Origin: a virus | Taxonomy: Duplodnaviria; Caudoviricetes | Reading direction: 5' to 3' (one strand) | Length of the DNA stretch: 53,645 nucleotides | Virus record (IMG/VR): IMGVR_UViG_3300030419_006157 | Location: 1 to 53,645 of that record | Part shown: positions 10,632-26,117 of the stretch, in pieces | Position numbering within the stretch: position 1 is the first letter of the stretch | Layout: every line of letters starts with the position of its first letter | Made by a program: the position numbers and the translations under genes | Notes under the pieces: generated by a model | What the model saw: the letters and a program-made list of their open reading frames with translations, nothing else | Database searches by the model: none | What the model was told of the DNA's origin: nothing

Positions 10632-11621
10632 TTATGGGCCGCTGCCGCCCACGAGATGCTCATAATCTCCAGTTTTCAAAAAATCATTTTTAGTTGCATA
10701 ATAATTTTGCCTTATCTCCGATTCTTTAAGTTCCTTACTATACACTAAAACTCTACCCAGTCTAAAGTTTTGTCCAGCATAGTGAGTACCCCCTATAAAT
10801 GGATAATCATCAGAGGTATAGTCAGGGTACTTATCAACTTTTCCAAGCCATAACGCAGCCCCTGTGGCATCAGCGTTTTGTAAAGTCCTATGAGAATAAC
10901 TACTATAAGTGGTAGGCTCCGAAGAAGCATCAATATAGATATGCCAATCCGCAACACCGCCCCCGCCAGAAGAAACGGTGCAAGATATCATATGCCATTC
11001 GTTATCTCCACTAGTTAACTTATATCGATCACTGAAACCATTTTCGAAAAATCCAGCATCTTGGCCTTGTTGATTAGTTATGATCCACCAAGGATAATTT
11101 GTATCTGCGTCGTCCTCATGAGCCTCAAGCATAATATGACCCTTGCCGTTATCTGAATTACTTCCCATATAATGGCCCGATACATGAGCTAACGAACCCA
11201 TCCAAAAGCCAGACTCTTTTACTACATCACCAGCTGAAACTAATGGCGCATATTCGACATATGACCCTCCACCTGCGGCTGTAAATTCTCCAGTATTGCC
11301 GCTCATCGACCACCACGCGCAAATAGAGAATCCATTATGTAAATTTACATTAAAAGATTCATTATAAACGTCATTGTAAGCTCCTATGTAATTATCTACT
11401 CCATCGAACTTAAAATAACTAGAGGCATCACTTGTCCCAGATACCCATTCAGTACCATTTTTAATTTCTAGGTCTGGCTCGTTAGTAATTGAATTAGACC
11501 ATCTTGTTATCCCTGATGTATTTCCAGTATTAGGATTGAAATCGCCTATTAATCCGTCTGTTGCTATTCCAGACGGATTTAAGCTGCCCAATTGGGCCGT
11601 GTTATGGAATCCTCCAAACAT
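10632..11621 (-). CDS. LamG/concanavalin-like domain virion protein
   Basis: YFKFDGVDNY ... SICAW ... WHMISCT ... VYSKELKESEIRQNY. Confidence 0.7.
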   Translation of the reverse strand: MFGGFHNTAQLGSLNPSGIATDGLIGDFNPNTGNTSGITRWSNSITNEPDLEIKNGTEWVSGTSDASSYFKFDGVDNYIGAYNDVYNESFNVNLHNGFSICAWWSMSGNTGEFTAAGGGSYVEYAPLVSAGDVVKESGFWMGSLAHVSGHYMGSNSDNGKGHIMLEAHEDDADTNYPWWIITNQQGQDAGFFENGFSDRYKLTSGDNEWHMISCTVSSGGGGVADWHIYIDASSEPTTYSSYSHRTLQNADATGAALWLGKVDKYPDYTSDDYPFIGGTHYAGQNFRLGRVLVYSKELKESEIRQNYYATKNDFLKTGDYEHLVGGSGP

Positions 11622-11624
11622 ACC

Positions 11625-17976
<6,352 letters not shown>

Positions 17977-18019
17977 ACTAATAAGTATTACACGGCGAAA
18001 AACCTAGATATACACTATT

Positions 18020-18406
18020 TTATTTACCTTCTTCTAGAATTTTTCTCACATGTTCGGGTACATCAGCATTGGTTGTGGTATTAGTGTCTGCTGGTTTTCT
18101 ATAACCGTTAAAATGTCTCTGGAATTCATACACTAGACGCTCTTCGAGGCGAACACGATCTCCCGCTGGCAAAATACCAAGATTATTGGCGTGAGATTCG
18201 AGATCGGTTTTGCTCATTTCGTCTAATTCTTTTTTATATTCTTCTTCATTTGAGGTGGAGTATTTGCCCATTCCATCATCTCCCCAAATTTGATCTAACG
18301 TCGTAGGCTGAAAGTTCTCCTCTTTGCCGTGAGACTGTTCTAAATCAGACATTTTAGTCTTTTTAGATGCTTTAGTAGTTTTTTTCGATGGTTTCTTTTT
18401 GTTCAT
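18020..18406 (-). CDS. Hypothetical protein
   Basis: ORF starting MNKKKP; basic N-terminus. Confidence 0.7.
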   Translation of the reverse strand: MNKKKPSKKTTKASKKTKMSDLEQSHGKEENFQPTTLDQIWGDDGMGKYSTSNEEEYKKELDEMSKTDLESHANNLGILPAGDRVRLEERLVYEFQRHFNGYRKPADTNTTTNADVPEHVRKILEEGK

Positions 18407-18442
18407 AATTATCACCAATCCGTAAATTATAGCCTATAAAAC

Positions 18443-18474
18443 CAAAAAACCCAAGGGGAAAAACCCCTTGGGCT
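18443..18474 (-). terminator. Terminator after major capsid gene
   Basis: cccaagggg-aaaaa-ccccttggg hairpin with A-run. Confidence 0.85.
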
Positions 18475-18492
18475 TGATTTAGTTAATTGTTA

Positions 18493-19671
18493 TTAACCAA
18501 GAATAGTGCCGCATACTGCGCGTCCATCGAGGCAGAGACGACCCTCTTCGAGAGAACCGTAGAATCCAGCCTTATCAGAACGAGAAGCATACCATTGATC
18601 ATCAGGAACCGCAGTAAACTGCGATCCGGTGTCAGCGTCACGAGCAACGGGGCGAACAAACGCCTCGCGGCCCAAGTCGATACCGACAAGGATCTGATGA
18701 GATGCAGTAGCAAAGTTGGAGATGCTATTGCTAGAACCATCCAAGTTAGTAGCGGCAGTGCCGACACTATCGAAGAAGGTTTCGAACAATGCATTGTAGC
18801 GTTGGCTTTCGCCAAGCTCAACCAACTCATGAATAGCTACACCGTAGATGTTCTCCATGCCAGCGGCATTAAAGATCGCCATACGTGCATCATCCGGCAA
18901 GTTCTGTGCGTTAGCAGCAGTTGCTCCAGAATCGCTACGAAGAGCGTTGTAAGCGAACTTACGAATCTGACCCTTAACTTCAGGGGAAACGAACAAGTCG
19001 GTTAGCCCCTTAGCGTTATAGTCAGCGGGAGTACCGCCAGCCCATGACACGTTAACTCTCTTCATGCGAGTCATCAGATCATTAAGATCTTGAAGAACGA
19101 ACTCGGCAGAAGCGCCAGTGTTGACAGAAGTCAAGCAATGACGAAGAGCGCCAGAAGTACTGGCAGCAGCAGAGCGACCATCTTTGGTAGCTGCTTCGGC
19201 AAGAGCCTTCATGACCACTGCCCAAGCATTTCTTTCTTGTTTAATGAGGACCTCTTGAGCCATGCGCTCAACAGCTTTGCTCACTACGTCAAGACGAGCC
19301 TTACGAGCGTACTTCTTATGAAGATGAACGGCACTATCTAAACGATAGGTCATTACCTTCATCTCTTGTACGGGAACGTGGGCGTCTGAGCTTGGCAAGC
19401 CGCCAGCCATGTTCTGAGACCACACACTAACATGACCTTTGTCAGTGTTGTAATAAAGGTCGAGCGGATAGCTAGGGTTATCGTCCTGATCGAACTCAGA
19501 ATCCGAATACAAAGCAGCAGAAGTGCCAGCTTCGTTAACGACTTTCTGAACGACAGGGCCAATAAAAGCAGCGAAGGCCTCGCTTGCTTCACGAGAGACA
19601 CCAAGGTCTCTAGAGCCAAGAGCTTTAATCAACTCCACCTGTTCTGGTGTATTTTTAAGCTTTAATTTCAT
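18493..19671 (-). CDS. Major capsid protein (HK97-fold, inferred)
   Basis: 392 aa; follows protease/scaffold and decoration genes; SD, biased codon usage, strong terminator. Confidence 0.8.
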   Translation of the reverse strand: MKLKLKNTPEQVELIKALGSRDLGVSREASEAFAAFIGPVVQKVVNEAGTSAALYSDSEFDQDDNPSYPLDLYYNTDKGHVSVWSQNMAGGLPSSDAHVPVQEMKVMTYRLDSAVHLHKKYARKARLDVVSKAVERMAQEVLIKQERNAWAVVMKALAEAATKDGRSAAASTSGALRHCLTSVNTGASAEFVLQDLNDLMTRMKRVNVSWAGGTPADYNAKGLTDLFVSPEVKGQIRKFAYNALRSDSGATAANAQNLPDDARMAIFNAAGMENIYGVAIHELVELGESQRYNALFETFFDSVGTAATNLDGSSNSISNFATASHQILVGIDLGREAFVRPVARDADTGSQFTAVPDDQWYASRSDKAGFYGSLEEGRLCLDGRAVCGTILG

Positions 19672-19702
19672 TAGTAATCCTTCTTTCTATAATTAAAAGG
19701 TT

Positions 19703-20266
19703 TTACAGTTCCAACTTGATAAGCGCATAGCCATCAGTGTCACTCGCGCCAAGAACGTGGCCAACTTTGTAGCCAGCGCTATCGCCGTTAGTTGCGATGA
19801 TTTCTCCAGAGTCACCAGCAAAAAGCTTGGTTCCCGGAGTAACCGTACCGATGGAATCGCCCGAATAAAGAAGGATTCCTCGTGACAAAACAGGAGCGGA
19901 TTGGCCGCTAATAGCGACTTCCATCTCTGCTGCTTTACGTGGGTTAAACTTCAGTAGCTCTCCGTTCTCGTCTACTTCGGCAATATCATGGAGAAGAACT
20001 CCAAGCGCTACGTTGCCAGAACTAGTCTGACAAATCTTAGCTGTTGAGCCGTATCGTTGAGAAACAGTGCCGTTGTAAGAAGCACCGGGACTACCCAACA
20101 TCTCTGTTGGCTCGTCGGTGTTCTTCCAACCATCGCCCTGAACCTTTACAAGAGTTCCTTTCGGAACTTTGTCGCCAGCCGTGAGACCAATCGATCCGCT
20201 ATAAGCGTAGAGATTGATCACATCGTGCTCATCATATACTCTAAATGGTTTTAAGTTAATAGCCAT
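19703..20266 (-). CDS. Head decoration/cement protein
   Basis: 187 aa, Gly-rich beta protein between scaffold and capsid genes; AGGAG SD. Confidence 0.65.
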   Translation of the reverse strand: MAINLKPFRVYDEHDVINLYAYSGSIGLTAGDKVPKGTLVKVQGDGWKNTDEPTEMLGSPGASYNGTVSQRYGSTAKICQTSSGNVALGVLLHDIAEVDENGELLKFNPRKAAEMEVAISGQSAPVLSRGILLYSGDSIGTVTPGTKLFAGDSGEIIATNGDSAGYKVGHVLGASDTDGYALIKLEL

Positions 20267-20284
20267 AATTTACTCCTAAATTAT

Positions 20285-21814
20285 TTATTTAATCCAATTT
20301 TCTACGCTGAAAGCGTCCTTGTATTTATCATAAGTGTTAGCTTCCTCAGTCTCGGAAGAGACGGGAACCTCAGATGCTTCTGCTTCAGAAGAATCAAGAG
20401 CTTCATCAACCACTTCTTCAGCGGGTTTGGGCTCTGGCTCTTCAGACGCTTTCGCCTCTGGTTCTTCCGAAGCTTTAGCTACTTGAGCAGCTTCCGCTTC
20501 GGCCTTCTCCAAACTTTCTCTATCTTTGGCATTCAAAAGAATGCTCATTTTCTTAGAGTAAGTTTCGAAATCTTCATCGTTCATATCCTTGATATCGTGA
20601 GCAATAATCTCTCGATCTTCATCGGTAAGAACGTAGGTGTCGTCAAAGGTAGTCATGCGGGTAACAAAACGCTCTTCAGCCTCTTTTGCCGCAACTTCCT
20701 TTTTAATTTCTTCGAGTTCTGCCTGAACAGCTTCAAAAGTTTTCTTCGACTCTTCAGTATTATTCTTTAGAGATTCGATTTCTTCTTGTGCGGCTTTCAA
20801 GTTATTCTCGACTTCTTGTTTTTGAGCAATGTACTCTTCGGAGGCCTTCTGCAACTCATCCTCTATGAAATCAGAGATCGATGAGGCAGAAAGCTCCTTC
20901 AGATTCTCATCGCTGATATCTTTTAAGCTTTCGATTTTCATAATAACTCTCTTTTTATTCTTTACATTAATTTCCTCTGATTGTGAAATAATATTTACTG
21001 TTTTTTCTGTTTTTTCGTCCAAAACCTTATCTTCAGGAGCGCTCGCTTCTGAGGTTTCGGCTTCTGGAAGTTTCGATGGGACAATGACTCCCTTGACGTC
21101 CGCAGCGGGAGTCTCCGTAAGTCCGATTCCAAGTGGGACAACTTGACCAATTACCTTTCGATAAATGCTCCTGCCGTCTTCGGTTTCGCCTGTTCCACCA
21201 AAAGCCTTTAAATTCGCTTTTAATGAGTCAATTTCGTTTTCATCAGAAACGACGACTGAAGATTCAATGTTTTTATTTCCATTTTCAGTCAAAACTAGAT
21301 TATATTCGCTGAAACCAAGTTCCCAACTTGCGCTTATCGACATATATTTTTCGCTAGTTGGATCATTGGATTCTTCTATAATATTAGCCAATTGATCATT
21401 TACCACCTTCCATATAATTCCACCAAGAGTAATATTAAACGGATGGTTGCCTTCTCCTAGTCTTTCTTCTGCTAATACCTCATCAGTACCAAATTCGCTA
21501 AAGCCAGCGGCAAGAATAACTCCGCAGACCTTTTGTCTATTATGCTCAATATTAATAGGCTTATTAATGAAAGACTTGTGAATCTCTAAGGCTGTAGCTG
21601 TATCAATGACATCTCCGTTCCTATTTACCCTATTGGCCACACAAGCGTTAAAAGCTACTGGAAGAAGATCTATTTCTTTTTCTGTGTCGATACCCGGAAT
21701 AAATTTTTCTATATCTAACTGACTAGCCAAGGACAAATACTTATCCTTGTCTTCTGAAACCATAGGCTTCAGCACTGAGCTAAAAGTTGTATAGTACTTA
21801 TAATCCTTTTTCAT
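20285..21814 (-). CDS. Prohead protease-scaffold fusion
   Basis: NRNGD, KPINIEH, SASWE in the N-half; acidic coiled-coil C-half. Confidence 0.75.
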   Translation of the reverse strand: MKKDYKYYTTFSSVLKPMVSEDKDKYLSLASQLDIEKFIPGIDTEKEIDLLPVAFNACVANRVNRNGDVIDTATALEIHKSFINKPINIEHNRQKVCGVILAAGFSEFGTDEVLAEERLGEGNHPFNITLGGIIWKVVNDQLANIIEESNDPTSEKYMSISASWELGFSEYNLVLTENGNKNIESSVVVSDENEIDSLKANLKAFGGTGETEDGRSIYRKVIGQVVPLGIGLTETPAADVKGVIVPSKLPEAETSEASAPEDKVLDEKTEKTVNIISQSEEINVKNKKRVIMKIESLKDISDENLKELSASSISDFIEDELQKASEEYIAQKQEVENNLKAAQEEIESLKNNTEESKKTFEAVQAELEEIKKEVAAKEAEERFVTRMTTFDDTYVLTDEDREIIAHDIKDMNDEDFETYSKKMSILLNAKDRESLEKAEAEAAQVAKASEEPEAKASEEPEPKPAEEVVDEALDSSEAEASEVPVSSETEEANTYDKYKDAFSVENWIK

Positions 21815-21832
21815 TTTTAGTTCCTAAGTCAT

Positions 21833-22372
21833 TCAGGGGGAAAAGTAATAGTCTTCCGGCTTGTATTGCAGAAACAAATCCGAAAGATCAAACTCAAATA
21901 CTAACCCATAATCTTTACACTCAAAATCCGCGAAGTTTACGTCTTTTTCGCTTGGCTGGATAAAATTCTCGTCACATTTAGAATCTATGAAGTTATTAAT
22001 ACTGGCTACACACCAATTATTAATATCGTAATTTGCCATTAACGAGTTCGAGGCAGCGGAACAGAAAACTTTTTTAAATTTTGCGAGAGGGACTCTTTTA
22101 TTATTTTCTTTATTGAATTTTTTTCGTTTTTCTTCCAAGAAGTTAATAATTTTATTAGAATAGTCTATCGCATCGGATTGGGTGGCTATTTTAGAAGAAG
22201 TCGATTCATTACTGGGAGACTCTGGCTCTTTTTCAGCGGCTTCTTCTGCCTTCGGCTCTTCCTTGGGCTCTTCTTGTTCCTTAGTGGGCGCAACGGGGGC
22301 TTCCTTCTCATGATTATTATTCACCTTATCCCAAAGGCTTTTGTAATCTATGTTTCCCCGAATTTTTTTCAT
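21833..22372 (-). CDS. Hypothetical protein
   Basis: 179-aa ORF with GTGTAA element upstream. Confidence 0.7.
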   Translation of the reverse strand: MKKIRGNIDYKSLWDKVNNNHEKEAPVAPTKEQEEPKEEPKAEEAAEKEPESPSNESTSSKIATQSDAIDYSNKIINFLEEKRKKFNKENNKRVPLAKFKKVFCSAASNSLMANYDINNWCVASINNFIDSKCDENFIQPSEKDVNFADFECKDYGLVFEFDLSDLFLQYKPEDYYFSP

Positions 22373-22430
22373 AATAATATCTAATTGTATATTACACTAG
22401 TTTTAAATAAAAACAATCAAATTTAAAAAT

Positions 22431-22458
22431 AAAAAACCCCCGCTAAAAAGCGAGGGGT
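22431..22458 (-). terminator. Probable terminator
   Basis: acccc-cgct-aaaa-agcg-a-ggggt hairpin with A-run. Confidence 0.7.
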
Positions 22459-22481
22459 GTGTTCAGATTATTTATCCTACT

Positions 22482-22679
22482 TTACTTTTTTTTGGAGGAA
22501 CCCGTCGCGTTAACTTCAGCCTTAACAAAAGGGACTGTTACACTTGCCCCCTCTGTACTCGCGGAAGCTCCAAGGTATCCATTATCGTTAGCTTTAGGGC
22601 CAACCGTCACGGTGCTCGCGCACCCAAATCCAAAAAAGGATACGGCTGCAACTACTAGCAATTTTACTTTATTTTTCAT
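22482..22679 (-). CDS. Small lipoprotein
   Basis: Signal peptide with lipobox FGFGC. Confidence 0.7.
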   Translation of the reverse strand: MKNKVKLLVVAAVSFFGFGCASTVTVGPKANDNGYLGASASTEGASVTVPFVKAEVNATGSSKKK

Positions 22680-22737
22680 TTGTTTATAAACAAGCCAATA
22701 TGACTTGGGGATAAGGTATCAATTAGCGAAAACTAAA

Positions 22738-23247
22738 TCAAGGTAAAAAAACTTCTTTTTCTACTACTAAGATAGCGTGAATTTTTGTGCAGTCGCCGTG
22801 GTATTTTTCGATGGGTAAATTATTCGGAAAAGCCATCCAGTGATATAATAACGTCCACTTTTTACTTATTAATACTATAGCTACGTCCTTATTTGGGTCT
22901 AAATCAGATAGAGAGCTTACTTCTCTGGTTTTAAAACCGTATAATTTTAAAACGTGTTTTATGTCACTCTCGAAAGAAATACCTCTCGCTCTATGGTGAA
23001 ATATAGAAAGGAAAGATCTGCATTCATGCCCCCTCTCTTGTATTATTCTGCTGATTTCTTTTCTTTCCTCTTTTATATTAAGGTGAGAAAGAACTTTCTT
23101 GAGGGCTGTCGGACCACAGCTTCTTACGTGTCTTGGGTCTTGCTTATTTGCGATTAAATCGGCTACCCTCCGACCTTCAAAAGCGGTATTTATAGTGCCG
23201 CAACCAACAGCAACTAGCATTAAAGATATTAATATTTTTTTCAACAA
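22738..23247 (-). CDS. Lipoprotein with papain-like (C39-type) peptidase domain
   Basis: Lipobox AVGC; SCGPTAL catalytic Cys motif and later YHW. Confidence 0.65.
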   Translation of the reverse strand: MLKKILISLMLVAVGCGTINTAFEGRRVADLIANKQDPRHVRSCGPTALKKVLSHLNIKEERKEISRIIQERGHECRSFLSIFHHRARGISFESDIKHVLKLYGFKTREVSSLSDLDPNKDVAIVLISKKWTLLYHWMAFPNNLPIEKYHGDCTKIHAILVVEKEVFLP

Positions 23248-23289
23248 TTCCCCCTTAGTACTAATTACACCAAAGGGGAGTTAGGAAAT

Positions 23290-24147
23290 TTATTTTTTTC
23301 TTAGGGCTGCTTTCTTCTTGGCAACTTTCTTTTTAGCAACCTTCTTCTTAGCTACCTTCTTCTTAGCTGGGGCCTTCTTCGCTGCCTTCTTCGGGGCTGT
23401 TTTCTTACTCGTCTTTTTGGGGGATCTTTTCTTAGTTGGCTTTTTCGCAAAAGGATTTCCTTCTTTGTCTTGCTTTTTCATTTCTCTAATAAAGTCATAA
23501 GTAATATATGCAATAATAAGAATCATTAGCGCCAAAAAATAAAACAATATAAGCTCACTCCAATTAATTTTCATATTCTCCTTTTCTAATTCCGATAGTC
23601 TTTTAGCTTCTAGCTCTCTTTTCTCTACTTTTTCCTTGTCGGATTTTTCCTCTGGGGTTTTTTCTAAATCAGGCGCTGGTACTACTTCAAGTATCGGCAT
23701 ATTATCTTTTACGTCCCCTAAAGGCAAATCAGGAAGTATAGGTTTATCGTAATCAAGTTTCGATAACTCTAAGTTGGCACTTGCTAAAGCTATATCGAAA
23801 TTATCCGTTTCAGGTTCGGCAATAGACAGCCTTGGAGAAATAGGGGTAGACTTTACAGGGGGAATTTTTACTTTTTCAATAGGAGGCAAAGGGGCAGCTT
23901 CTTCCCAAGAAGTCACTTCTTCCCTTTTCGGTATTAAATTACCATCCGGGATATTTTCCGTGGATTCAACTATGGGTTTTTCTGGCGCTGGGTTCCCCTT
24001 TGGGATTGAGCTTCCTTTGTTTATTTCCTTTATTGTTTTAGGTTTAACAATCTTTCCCGCTGAGTCTTCCCCAATGCGTAACCCTCCAGTTTTACAACCG
24101 ATAATAAAAAATACTAAAACACAAACAGATAAAATATTATGCTTCAA
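23290..24147 (-). CDS. Lipoprotein with C-terminal TM helix and Lys/Ala-rich tail (u-spanin-like topology)
   Basis: Lipobox IIGC, Pro-rich linker, TM WSELILFYFLALMILIIAYITY, KKAPAKKKVAKKK repeats. Confidence 0.6.
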   Translation of the reverse strand: MKHNILSVCVLVFFIIGCKTGGLRIGEDSAGKIVKPKTIKEINKGSSIPKGNPAPEKPIVESTENIPDGNLIPKREEVTSWEEAAPLPPIEKVKIPPVKSTPISPRLSIAEPETDNFDIALASANLELSKLDYDKPILPDLPLGDVKDNMPILEVVPAPDLEKTPEEKSDKEKVEKRELEAKRLSELEKENMKINWSELILFYFLALMILIIAYITYDFIREMKKQDKEGNPFAKKPTKKRSPKKTSKKTAPKKAAKKAPAKKKVAKKKVAKKKVAKKKAALRKK

Positions 24148-24406
24148 GTCTACTCCTTTGGTCTTTTTTCAGTTCTTCTTCTATTTTCTTAAAAATTTCT
24201 AATAGTCTTTGATGAGAGCGAAACAGCTTGTTTCCTTCATGCATTAGGATTGTATTCTCAAGCATTAGCCCCTTATTCTGTTTCTTGAGTAATTCATTAG
24301 ACTGATAAGATAAAAAGTTTATATAAATGGATATAAATAATAGGAGCCCCAAGCAAAACTTAATTGCAAAATCGTTCTTATTTTTTTTAGTATTATTTTC
24401 CATCAA
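24137..24406 (-). CDS. Membrane-anchored coiled-coil protein (i-spanin-like)
   Basis: N-terminal TM helix followed by heptads. Confidence 0.5.
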   Translation of the reverse strand: MMENNTKKNKNDFAIKFCLGLLLFISIYINFLSYQSNELLKKQNKGLMLENTILMHEGNKLFRSHQRLLEIFKKIEEELKKDQRSRLEA

Positions 24407-24840
24407 GTTGACCCTTTTGCAGCTGCATTACCAAAATAGAAACCAACTATGGCGCTTAATGTTTGCCTTACTTCAGGAACCATTAAATAACCATCAAGTT
24501 CGACGAAATTAATTTCTTTACCTCCCCCGAATAAACCAAAAAACCAAGTTGGGTTTTCTGTTTCTACTTCGACAATTGTTGAATGACCCATTAGAGACAA
24601 AATAAAAGGAGCGGCAATTACCCCAAATAAAATACAGCATACGATTAAGCGGCGAACCCACTTACCTACATCTATAGGAACTCTTTCAGCCGCTTTATCG
24701 GCGCTATCATCTTGAGCTTTCTTCAGGGCTATTGCGTTTTTAAATATTTCGTGACGTTCTTTGGCTCTTTCGGCCATGTAACGAAAAATAAACCCTACGA
24801 TGCTCCCTCCGATCATCGTTATTAATTCCATAGATAACAT
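24403..24840 (-). CDS. Putative holin / membrane protein
   Basis: 2-3 hydrophobic segments; WVRR..; C-terminal IVGFYFG motif typical of phage holin-like proteins. Confidence 0.6.
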   Translation of the reverse strand: MLSMELITMIGGSIVGFIFRYMAERAKERHEIFKNAIALKKAQDDSADKAAERVPIDVGKWVRRLIVCCILFGVIAAPFILSLMGHSTIVEVETENPTWFFGLFGGGKEINFVELDGYLMVPEVRQTLSAIVGFYFGNAAAKGST

Positions 24841-24858
24841 TCTATATAAAATTACACT

Positions 24859-24890
24859 AAAAAAGCCGCACAGTGAAAACCGTGCGGCCT
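24859..24890 (-). terminator. Terminator after tubulin-like gene
   Basis: gccgcac...gtgcggc hairpin with A-run. Confidence 0.7.
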
Positions 24891-24912
24891 TTGGGCGGGG
24901 GGAATAAATTCC

Positions 24913-26094
24913 CTATTCTTCTGAGATGTCCCCTAATTTAGCCAATTCCTTAAGTTTTTCGTCAGGTCTGCCGATACCACTTATTGAAGTATAAACAATT
25001 AGATTCGGTTTATCTCCAACGTATATACCTCTATGAACTACATTTCCGGGGCGTAATAGCCTACAAAGCTGATCGAACGCTTGATCCAGAGCAGACTGAG
25101 GAATATTATCCAACTGCTCTTTTCCTCCAACGACTACAGCGCCAGCGTGACTTCCAGAAGACAAATCTATACCTCCGGATAAAAGACCGCTCTTGAAGTT
25201 ATCTCTCAAAGCTCTAGAGATACTCACTGGATCGCTCCATTCCTTAACTGGCGCAGCCCCAAAGACCATCAATCCAGAATCAAGAATAGTCTTATAATCA
25301 TTAGCATCAAAAGATGTGAATGAGCTATCCCTTGCCGCAGTAAGATTAAATAAATGGAATAATCCAGCCATACTCGCATTAGCAGTTTGCCAAAAATTAG
25401 AAACTACAAGATTGGGGTAAACCTTACCAATTCTCTCGTTATCAATTACTACCAAGGGGGAAACTTTCCCTTCCTCGACTAAATCGTAAACGTCATTTAA
25501 ACATTTGTGAGCATTGGCATTTACCTTTTTTCCTTCTGAAGCTTTTGGCAGAGCTAAAATCACCCCGACTTTATCGGTGGGAGCTTTAATCGTTTCTTGA
25601 AGCTCTTTTGCCGCCTCAACCAAACTAGTGACAGTACCAGATCCAGTACCACCGCCAGCGCCAGCGCAAACAAAGATTCTATCAAGGGTTTCGCCAAACG
25701 AATACCTCATAAAATCTACAACGTCTTCTTTTTTGCCAGAGAAAACTTTTTTTGCGTAATCTGGGTCTTTACCCGCTCCCCCATCTCCAATGCATAACTT
25801 ATGGGGAACTTTTTTAATGGTGTTCAAATCTTGCTGCGCCGTATTAAGAACAGCCACTTTTCTATAACCGAAATCATAGAACGTCTCAGCTATTCTTGAA
25901 CCTCCTTGCCCAGCGCCAATGAAAGCGAACTTAAAAGCGGTCTCTACTTCATCTTTTACTTCTTTTTCTGCCGCCAACTCCTCTTCCGGTTCGGGCATGG
26001 GGATATCAGGCATGGAAATATCAAATGACTCCCCCGGATTCATATACTCATTTACGCTTTGGCCTACTGGCTTATCTTGATTTTCTTCACTCAT
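24913..26094 (-). CDS. Tubulin/FtsZ-family GTPase (PhuZ/TubZ-like)
   Basis: FIGAGQGGSRIAE, LNTAQQDL, GAGKDP, signature GAGGGTGSG, IDNE, FDANDY. Confidence 0.92.
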   Translation of the reverse strand: MSEENQDKPVGQSVNEYMNPGESFDISMPDIPMPEPEEELAAEKEVKDEVETAFKFAFIGAGQGGSRIAETFYDFGYRKVAVLNTAQQDLNTIKKVPHKLCIGDGGAGKDPDYAKKVFSGKKEDVVDFMRYSFGETLDRIFVCAGAGGGTGSGTVTSLVEAAKELQETIKAPTDKVGVILALPKASEGKKVNANAHKCLNDVYDLVEEGKVSPLVVIDNERIGKVYPNLVVSNFWQTANASMAGLFHLFNLTAARDSSFTSFDANDYKTILDSGLMVFGAAPVKEWSDPVSISRALRDNFKSGLLSGGIDLSSGSHAGAVVVGGKEQLDNIPQSALDQAFDQLCRLLRPGNVVHRGIYVGDKPNLIVYTSISGIGRPDEKLKELAKLGDISEE

Positions 26095-26117
26095 AATTCT
26101 TTATTTAAGTTACACTT

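Noticed and set aside
18483-19665. Alternative ORFs overlapping the capsid gene (e.g. 18487..19005 +)
   Set aside because: Shadow frames produced by strong codon bias; no start signals
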